Source: Raillietiella orientalis (lineage: Eukaryota). Taken from it: 64,000 nt of DNA. Numbering within the stretch: position 1 is the stretch's first letter; every line of letters starts with the position of its first letter. The translations under genes were made by a program, and so were the position numbers. This document shows, piece after piece, positions 1-9,700 of this stretch. The notes under the pieces are model-generated. The model saw nothing but the letters and a program-made list of their open reading frames with translations, made no database searches and was not told the origin of the DNA. The stretch covers positions 6,076,001-6,140,000 of the forward strand of contig JAYWIR010000001.1 in NCBI GenBank assembly GCA_036172245.1, read 5' to 3'.

Positions 1-435
1 ATGAAATACATCGCCGATCCCTCAATGCATTCCATGCCAGCTGTCACATTATCCCCGAACCAAAAATGGCTAGCCTGCCAAAGCATGGACAACAAAGTGG
101 TCATCTTTTCGGCCATAAACAGATTCAAATTAAACCGGAAAAAGGTTTTCAAAGGTCATATGGTTGCTGGTTATGCATGTTCTGTGGATTTTTCTCCTGA
201 CATGAGGTAAAAAAAAAATAACGAAAATCTCAAAATGTGCTCTTTCTGGTGAACCAGTTATCTTGCATCTGGAGATGCAGATGGGAATGTGTATGCTTGG
301 GATTGGAAATCTACAAACGTGGTTAGTACCTGGAAAGCTCACGAAGGAGTTTGTATTGGAGTACTGTGGCACCCTCATGAAACATCGAAAATGGCCACCG
401 CAGGATGGGACGGGCTGATTAAATATTGGGATTAA
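1..435 (+). CDS. CDC40: Pre-mRNA processing factor 17 (WD40 second-step splicing factor), last two exons; 5' part lies outside the window
   Basis: Exon 1-206 ([30 protein letters not shown]...[19 protein letters not shown]), GT-AG intron 207-257, exon 258-435 ([18 protein letters not shown]...[22 protein letters not shown]). This matches the conserved CDC40/Prp17 C-terminus. Confidence 0.97.
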
Positions 436-706
436 GAAGTTTTCTGCACGAGGAAGACGTACATTCTCATTATATCCATTGCAGACGATCTGTCATATCT
501 TGCAGTAAAACTTTCATATTAAACTGTATTCGCAAACGAATGTGGTATTTTATTGGCACCCAAGAACTGATTGCTCTCGGTGGAATGAAGCATTTGAATC
601 ATCTGAACAGTTACCATGGTTATGATGGCACGTGAGGCATGAAGTCATGCCGAGCTGCTTGCCCCACGAGTTTGTCAGGTTAAACCTATTTATCTGGGTT
701 GTTTCA

Positions 707-741
707 ATCGACCCTCTCGGCTTTTTGGCTAAGATCAAAGT
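707..741 (+). pseudogene. U2 snRNA 5' fragment (truncated or variant)
   Basis: TCTCGGCTTTTTGGCTAAGATCAA (715-738) matches metazoan U2 TCTCGGCCTTTTGGCTAAGATCAA at 23/24 positions and is preceded by ATCG. Similarity stops before the GTAGTA branch-recognition motif; stems II-IV are not visible. Confidence 0.65.
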
Positions 742-1033
742 ATTTGCATGTTAGGGATGTATTTTGTGGATGTTAGGATCGAAGATGCATGAGGTTAAGA
801 GGTTTGAGGATTCGTTGCTTTGTTATTTACTCCCATGACAGTTCTTCCCGTTGAGGTGATGAAAGAGTACAGTTAAAAAAGGCAGGTTTTGCTCCTTGCC
901 TTATTCCCTTCGCGGTTGTTTTAATCAGCATTTTTCCCCCCCCCCCTCCTCTTCAAAGGGAGGAATGTATTTTGCTTAATTGAAAGGGAATGCGCTCGTG
1001 TTGTTACGTCGGGATGCAGTGAAAGGGGGGTAA

Positions 1034-1440
1034 GAGCTCATCTTTCGCGACCCCCGTTATTCTCTGCTTCCTGAGGATTGCGTGAAGTGCCGTGCCGAGC
1101 TCCGTTCAACGTGAATGGCCCCACCACAAACGAGCATTTGCAACCACGGAAAAATCTGTGCTCCCTTCGCCGGTATGGGTCGCCGTGACCCTGCGACCGC
1201 CGGTTGTTTCTGTGGAACAGCAAGGTGCAAAATTTCACGCGCTCGGAACACGGAGATCCGTCAACGTCCGCCGTGGACCGTCTTTACTCGCAGCCGAATG
1301 GAAAGGCGAAAAGTTTCCGAGGAGTAATCCCTGGTCGAATAGCTCGTGTGTGTCCCAAGACTTCCGCAAGGAGGGTCTCTCTTTCCCATGAGAAGCACCG
1401 GCACTATCGGTTCGCTGCCCCACCGCTGTCCAGAAAGGAT
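1034..1440 (+). ncRNA. Candidate large structured RNA, family unknown
   Basis: GC-richer island with seven or more nested helices containing G-U pairs on the + strand and two GNRA-capped hairpins (see findings). Boundaries approximate. Confidence 0.4.
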
Positions 1441-1774
1441 AATCTTTGAGATCTTTTGAGATCATTGTTTTGAAGGATGAAGCAGGAATGCAAGGAACTT
1501 CAGGGAAACGGGAACGTTAAAAAAAACGTAAAGCAGAAAAACTTAGCAAACGTTTCACAGGAATCGCATGCAATTTTTAATCAGCTTGCTTGCGGTCGTT
1601 CACGGTATGATTTTGAAAGTTTGCAACGGCACAGTTTAGCAAGATGTAAATATTTTCTGATCTACCAAATGGCACTAAATGGTACGTCTAAATTATCAGC
1701 TACCAAGTAATCCCAAGTACCAAGTAATGGATAATTTTGGGATTTTCTCCGTCCGATAAGACGAAAATGGATTT

Positions 1775-2300
1775 TTATTCCTGTTCCAATAAAAAAGCGA
1801 ATGTGTGCTCAGTAGTTTTCAGTTTTCCCTTATTACCTACATCCAAAATAATTCCTTCTAATCGAAGCATGGGAGAAAGATAGGATTCGACTATTTCTCC
1901 AGTTTTTTCTCCAGACTTCAAAACGTTTTCCGATAAGACCGCTGAGTTTGGATACAAAGCGAACCAACACTTCTGTTTCCCTTTAAGAACTCTGCCTCTA
2001 GCAGTTGCTCTTCCGAACTCGGAATAACCCTCTCAGTGTTTGGTGCAAGGATGTTTGGTACTATCGAAGAATCTTGAAAATCCAACCTTCAGGATTGTGC
2101 TGAGCTTCCTCTTTCTAGAACATCGTGAGTTTACATCGGGAATGCAATTTTGTTGCTTCACACAACAGTTTTCCGAAGCTCTTTCCAGGTCTTCATTTCA
2201 GCTTCAGCATTTTCCAAGTAACCGTCTGCCTTCTTCAGTTGCAGAAATTCCTTTTCTTCCGATAGTATGCATGCTTTTCGTTTTTCCTCTGGCAACTGGA
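1775..2300 (-). CDS. Possible small multi-exon gene of unknown product
   Basis: Charged, coiled-coil-like ORF segments (EEKRKACILSEEKEFLQLKKADGYLENAEAEMKTWKELRK) bounded by plausible acceptor and donor sites. No recognisable domain. Confidence 0.25.
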
Positions 2301-3265
2301 ACGGGACACACGGGTCAAACATACCGAAAAAGGAAAAAAAGAATTGCAATATGAAATCAGTATTCACACGTAACACTTAGTCACCTTGAAAAAAGTTCTT
2401 TACGTTATTATTCCTTCTCACGTGTTTTATGTTAGTGAATATATGAGGACAGACATGATCACTGCTGAACTACAGTTGAAATTACTAATTGTTTTGAGCC
2501 TAATCAAACCTGTAACCGAAGCATAAAACAGTTTGATTGAGATATTTAATCACCATTAAGTCATTGAGAGAACTTTTTTCTGTGGTGGCTTACTAAATCT
2601 TCGAAATTCTCCCTACTTTTCCAGGAAACAAAATGAAAACCGTTCCCTCTCTTCGGATTAAATCCTTTACTTATTTCATCATGAAACACACAGCTTGAGA
2701 GTGTCCGAGCTGATGCATGAAAAGATATCGTTTCGTTTTCCGTTCTGTGCTCGTGGTCAGTCGGAAGGAGAATGCTGGAGTAAAGGTTCCACACAATCCT
2801 CAGCAAGTGAGATTGCGTGATGATTCATCTCCGGAAAAATTCACAAGTTTGCGTTCCTGTCTTGTTACTTGCTCTGGCGAGGGTACAATGGAACACGTTG
2901 GCGTCTTCGCCGTGTTGGCACTCTTTGCCGGGGCAGTTTTCTGGAAATCGACTAACGCGGAGAAGCAAAATGGCAATGCAAAATAATGCAAGCTGTTTTT
3001 ATCCTGTTCTGCAAGTGCAAAACGTGATGAGAACGCAAGAAAAATGATCCACCTCCCCATCCCCACCCCTTCATCCCCGAGATGCTTTCATTTTTACAAA
3101 ATTTGAGGTGCGTCTTTCATCAAAACACGTGCTTTTGGAAACCACGATTCATCTTTAAACTGTTTGTCGTTTTGTCAGTCGTCACGGTATTTTCTTTTCC
3201 ATTTTGCTACAAAACGGCCTCCATGGCTGCACTACCTTAGCAGTGGACATGTGGCATAGACACAC

Positions 3266-3372
3266 GTACACGCTTCGGCTGTACATATACTCAAACTGGA
3301 ACCATACGGAGAAGATTAGGGTGGCCCTTGCGCAAGGATGACACGCAAAATCGTGAAGCGTTGCACATTTTT
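3266..3372 (+). ncRNA. U6: U6 snRNA, full length (107 nt), divergent variant or pseudogene
   Basis: Colinear with U6 without indels: 5' hairpin GTACA-C-GC-TTCG-GC-TGTAC, ...GAGAAGATTAG..., TGGCCCTTGCGCAAGGATGACACGCAAA, TCGTGAAGCGTT and a T5 terminator. The ACAGAGA box reads ACGGAGA and the AGC triad reads AGG. Confidence 0.9.
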
Positions 3373-3528
3373 CGATGGTGACATTCAAAAGGACACCATG
3401 CGTGGAAAAATAGAATGCAGAGATGAAATGTGACTGAAAGAGTGCTACTGGTGAGATTGATGTAATTGTATCTTTGTTGTTAAACAAATTCGCCCCTCCG
3501 CTGGTCAGAGCGGGGACGATGTTGCATA

Positions 3529-3713
3529 GACACATATTCAGAATATCATAGAGGTGAATCTGATTTTGTAGATTGGTTGCCTGTTTGGGACCCTGCAGAT
3601 CAGACCACCTCTGTAGTGCACTTTGCCACAGACAGTTTGGCATGACATGTGCCTGCTCGTCGTCAAGTACATGCACTGCAGTTGTCTCGTGAAATCCTGA
3701 TGGTGTGTTTTTT
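3529..3713 (+). ncRNA. Candidate Pol III-type structured RNA downstream of U6
   Basis: Shares the U6 upstream flank (15/16 nt), folds into a long hairpin plus a branched domain, and ends in T6 (3708-3713). Confidence 0.5.
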
Positions 3714-6700
3714 AAAGCCGCATTTCCTCATGATTCATTGATTGGAAATTGAACGTTATGTTGTCGTGTATTCATCGTAGTTGTTTCGAGGTTCCTTTCG
3801 ACGAAGGTCTTTTAGGAATCTCGCACGTAACAGGAAATTTCAAAAATGGCACGTATGAATTCGGAATAAAAAGGAAAACCAATTAGGTTATCCTGGAGAT
3901 TGTGAGCGTGAATTCTATTGAAACTGGAACAAAATTGCAACTGCTTATTGAATTCTTCTCATTGAATAAGGCCATTTTGACCGGCTTCCGTGACCGGTTT
4001 TGATTCGAACCGCATGACTAACGTGATGTCAACTATGCGCCTACTATAAAAATGAAATGCCCAAGAATACAGACATATTCGTATTAGGAAATCCCAAGGA
4101 AAACATGCCGAAGGTAATTATAACGGAAGGGCGCTTTTCACCATCGGATCACACACAGCGAGGCGCCTACGTGGGGTTGCCCGGGAAGCTGGATGCCTTC
4201 CCTTTGGGGCTCCGCGCACATTTGAGAGCAGGATTATCACATTCCGGGATCAGAAATCACGAATCCCACCGCCGAGTAAAAAAGAGGACTGTTTCCGGTT
4301 TGGCAAAAAAGTGGATGGATCAACCACCTTTTCTATGCTTGTGCAGGATGCACTTGTTTGAGATGCAGTCTACGTTTAGAGAAAAGTGAATTGGGAGCAT
4401 TCATTGAAGTAATGAGAAAATCTTAAACCAGCGAGAGTGGATCAAGTGCAAATCGTATGTAATTCAATTCTTTTTAACAGGAGAGTTACGGATAGAGTTC
4501 AGCGGTAAATCATCTGGAAGACGAACTATTATCGATTTGTCGTCTTTGAGGGTATGCAGCTGAGGGTTTTTCTTGTGGTGAGACCGAAAAAGTAAGTTTC
4601 TTAGTATTACACTGTTGAACCGTTTTCTGAACACGTCCGATAAAGACATCAGTGTCTATGGCTAAAACGTGTCAAAAACATCAAATGGTAATCACGTTCA
4701 ATTTCCTAGAACGGGGGTTTAAGCAATCTCACACGTGAATTTAATGATCAGTGATTGTTTACAGTCAGTATTTTATTTTAAAAAATGCACTCCTCATCAG
4801 GTAAACATGTAAATATCTTCAAATGAAACCTTCTAAAGTGTCCCTGTTTGAAAACATGCTTTCGAATTTCATTTCTTCTCTCTCTTGTTCTTGTGATCTA
4901 AAACAATAAAATTGAATGGTTGAATGCAAACTGGACAGTCGGAACGTTTACTGAGGATAAACAAAACCATCAAAAATTTCAAAATATATATTCTAAAGAA
5001 AGTGCACGTAAGTGTATTGTGTAGAACATAAATTCAAAAAAGTGTCCTCAGATTGCACTGGGAGTGCTGCTGCCGTGTCGAAACTACGTAGGTCGCGTTC
5101 CTAAATCTCATACTGAGTGAAGCCTAATGTTTAATGATTATCTCGTTCGTCTGACGTAAGTCATTTGTCAGTACTATAATAATTTCACCGAAAGTAAGTG
5201 AGACTTGCCTTCTCAGTAGATTGAAAAACTCAAAATGCTAACTGCTGATTTGGTTGGTACTTTTAAAAAGTACTGCGCTTTTAAAAAACCTCTCAGAGAA
5301 TTCTTGCTCCATCTTGTTCCTGTTCTTCCTTTTCACTGCCCATTGATTCACACGTGCATAACATACGCTTTTCTGAGATCACTGATCGACGATTTAGATG
5401 ATACCTAAGAGTTTCTCTAATTTTTGAAATTCAAAGCCATTTTTGCAAGGGTGATAATTCCATTTCTCTCTCTCTCTCTCTTTCTTTGCCCAATCTTGTC
5501 ATAATTTTGAGATTTTTTTCTGTGCCCTTTCGTATTGATCGAAAAAATGAAAATCTTGAATTTTCAGTCCTTTTTGTAATTTTTTGCAAAGAATAGCATG
5601 GGTTCAACTTGAGATGGAAACATTTTGGACTGCAAGTAGTATGCAGACTGTTAACGTCATGTGTTAACCACAGCAAGTAGGGATGTGATTCCATAGTCTG
5701 AATTTTAGATAAATGTGCAGCGGTCATGTTCTTGCGCTTCTCGTCACGCCACAGTATGATCGCGTATGAGGGACGCCGCAAGAGGTTAACCTAGTGGTCA
5801 AGTCTTGTAGATCAAGACTCGATCAGAGAACTCGAGAATTTCAGGTAGGGAATAAGTAATCAGTCGTGTGCCATTTTAGGTTAAAAAAAAAAATCGTCCT
5901 AGATTCAATTAATTTTTTCTAATCAAAGAGTTTTAATTTTAATTGAGTTTCATGTGGAAGCAGAAGTTAGAGAACTAATCAAGCGCAGACAATTCAGAGA
6001 AACAAATTGGGTACACATTCCTAGTCTTTCACCGTACATTAGTTACAAAGATGTATTTTGAGTCGAACAACAAGAAAGCAAATGAGGTTAATTGCAAAGA
6101 ATGAATGCTAATGGGTTTTCACAAGGATACAGGAGAATTTGCCTTGAAGACCACTGAAGAAAACTGAAGGATTTCCGGGTTACACGTTCCGTGCATTAAA
6201 TTGGTTAGTTTCCATCCACTTTCCCCTAAAGGTGCAGTGAATTGCTATTGAAGATTGAGAAATAGATTCACATCATAAAGAAATCGCTTCAAAAGATTTA
6301 CCCCACGTGAGTGCAAATATGATAGAAGCAATTTGCAATTGTCATGTTCATTCATATCTTCATTTAGTAAATCAGTTAAAATGTGCTTTGTGTTAGCTCT
6401 TCTGCTGATAGGTATGATGTAATTCATCAGGATCGACTAATACGAAAAGTTCGACTCATATAATGTAGTGTCCAGATGAGTGTGACGAACCTGATAATTT
6501 TACTTTAATGATACCCTAAAAGCTTGAATCATAATTAAAATTATCCCATTGAACAGGGAAGAGTAAAAATTCATTTTTGAGAGTTCATTAAAGGGAAACA
6601 AAATAGCGAGTTTAAGTGCAACTTCATGATGTTCCATTTCTTAAATAATTACATACTGTATTTGTTGAAGCACTGAAAAGATAGGAACAAAAGGCAAGAA

Positions 6701-9700
6701 GCCCTCGCCGAATATTTAGTGCTGAAAGTAAAGGATCAAACTATTTAGACAATGGAAAATACGATCCTTTAATCGAAAACAAACAAACAAACAAACATAT
6801 CCTGATATGTTTTTTTTTTTTTTTCGATTAAAAAAAACGAAATTTCAAAACACGGACAAGCTGAATGTGCTCACGAAATAGAAGACGAGCGTCAGTTTGG
6901 AATAAGCAGTATGCCCAAATTCAAAATCTTTTGTTTCAATAACAAAATGCTACTCTGATTGAATATCGAAAAGAAAGCTCAAAGTGACGATTAACTTGAC
7001 TTTGGGTTTATCATTGATGGAATAATCGATGATGATGAGCCCGAGTAAGCAACAAATACGTATCCCGAGAGGAAGAAATTGATGTTCACAAATTTAAATA
7101 GTACGGAGTTTTTTTTTCGATTTTAGCAAATTTTAGGACTCTTGTATTTAAAATGTCCATAAGTAACACAGGTTCGGAGAAATAAGTTTCTTTTCAGAAA
7201 AAAAAAAATGGAAGAGGAAGAAAGCAACAAAAAAAGTTAGACAAGATTCACTGAGAGTGCAACTTTGAATTAGGTTCATTAAATAAGAGTTTTGTGGTTT
7301 TGGGAGAATCTGCGACCACGGAAAACGCTTTGGAATAAAAAGAATTGTTTCGATTCTAAGGCTGCTAGCAGATGCATTTAAAGCAATAGTTCAACTTCAT
7401 GAGAAGAAGAATACTCTGAACAGTGGAAGTATTCTTTTATGGTCGACAAGTAAGCTATTTCCGTTTCATTGCATATGGTTTCTGATGGGAAGACAGGTAG
7501 ACTTTTACTACTAAAAGTGACCGTATACTTTTTGATAGAATACGGAATCGAAGTGATTTTCTTTTTTTGTCTGGAAGCCTCTATTTCAGTCTAGCTTACC
7601 GATCTTACTGATTACTGATGTGCATCATCAGCTTCGGAAACCATTATTCGTTTGTACGTGAGCGACCGCGAGCTTCAGGAAGTAGCAATCCTGGTGCAAT
7701 GGGTTCACATCAGAAATTCACAACTTTACGTCTGTTGGTTGTTCCGATTTTATGAATGCGACTTACGAAACGATAACTATTTGTATGAGAATCGAAGTGT
7801 CTTCGAAGTCCAAAGCAAAGACGGCTCAACTCTCAAGACTTCCATAGTATATTGCAAAATAATTTGAGTTTTCCTTCGTTTCATGCTCTAAAAACTGTCT
7901 CGAAATCCCCATGTAGATTCTCATTCATTATTCCATTCTGGATGAAAACACGAAAACTCTCTGACTGTGTCTTCGTCTCACAAAACGTTGAACCAATGCT
8001 GTCTTGAAACTACCCAGTTTGGTCCACAACTAGGGTAGGAACTGCAACAGCAAATTCCATTTCAGATTTGTCAAAAAGCCAGATGTGAGCAGAGCGCACC
8101 TCGAGTGTTTGTTTTGTTTTTTTTCAAGTAGAAATACGAACGTTTCGTCTTTTACTAATATTGCTTATATTGTAAATACCTTCGGAGAATTATGACTAGT
8201 AAGAAAGAAAATTAATGACACCTTTTGCAAGTGTCACTGTCAGAACATTAGTTTATCTTTAGTATGTCTCCACATAATCAACGAAAATTAGCCCATAACA
8301 TCACCCATCACTAATGACGAAATGAAAGTGTTCCTGAATAACTTCAGCTAAGCAGAGTGGATGTTTAGAGATTTTCTCAAATCAAGTTTTCTTGAATTTA
8401 TTTAAGTTTCCTGCTATTTGTAATTACGTGAACGAGTAACAGTCTGTGAATGATGCACGTATTCTGAATTCATTTATCACAAAGTCTATGGATCACTGTG
8501 GACTTCTTTCTCCTTCAGATTCTGTATTTGCAGAAGCTCATAAGAGGCCTTCAAAGCAAATCGCTGATATCGAGGAAGGATCGTTACAAATTAACTTGGA
8601 ATTATTCCTTTTTTCAAGTACCCATATGAGGATGAACTGAGAGCATAAAAAAAATCACAGGGAAACATCGGAAAGCAAGCAAAATAACCTCTCCTATTTT
8701 GGCAATTTTATTTCTGGATTTGTGTTATAGGCCGTTAAAGTTCGTAGGTGATCGATTTCTCGTTTGCATATCTGCGGAATAGGTAACTCCCACATATAAC
8801 TCATTATACACATGTATAGTATATTTATTATACAATTATGCTAGTTGAAAATCATTTAGATAATAAAGCTGGTACTGCAGATAAAATTCTCTGAAACAGT
8901 GCAGCATTTTTTCGCCCAATATGTCATTGAAGAAAAAATCAGATATTCATTTGGAAGTTTTTCTCAAATTTCCCTTCTAACTGAGATTTCTTTGGACACA
9001 TAATTATGGGATTAATAATTATCTATTTCTTACAAAACGTATTACTTGTCTTATCCAAGACGCATATCATATATAAATTATTCGATTAATTATTACATAT
9101 ATAATACAGTTCATTTCACTGAAATCATTTTTCAAATGTGCTTTATAGAAGTGCGCTTCAGTAATTCTTTAATCTAATGAAACCATTTTAATCTGCATAA
9201 AGGCAGTTTAGTCGCTGCTCCAGTGTAGCCAAAGTTCCAAAACTTGAAAGATGCCACAAACTGTGTCAAGAGCATATGCAGGAATGTCTCGCAAAATAAG
9301 GACAATTGTCCTCGATGACACCCAAGGTTGACGAACAGGAAAAATTCCATAATCTACACGCACTGACTGAATTTTCACATCAGAGCAGGGAGTTTGAGTT
9401 TCTTGAACAAAGGACAGTCTTTTTAGCAAATCATCCCAACGACGAATGCAGGAAATAATGTGAAGGATTCAAACCTTTCATATGAATGACGTTTATGCAA
9501 TTACCAGCTGTGCAAGTAGTCAGGAATTCTTAACCAGAGAACACGCTTTGGCATTCAGTATGACTTTTTCAACTTCCACGGAAATTTTTCGACAGCGAGC
9601 CTTGGTAAATTCGAATGCTTTACATTGGTATGGTCAAGCAAGCTTGGAAAAACGGTACCTGCCAAATCTAATGAAGCGTACCTGGCCTTGGTTTCTTCCA

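Noticed and set aside
969-1320. Short U4-like (TTGCTTAATTGAAA) and U5-like (TTTCGCCTTT) words
   Set aside because: Too short, on inconsistent strands or out of order, with no matching stems or Sm site.
1697-1730. TAATCCCAAGT resembling the nematode SL1 leader
   Set aside because: Part of a small local CCAAGTA duplication; no full leader or SL RNA structure.
3182-3676. 164-aa minus-strand ORF
   Set aside because: Antisense to U6 and the adjacent RNA candidate; no protein-like motif.
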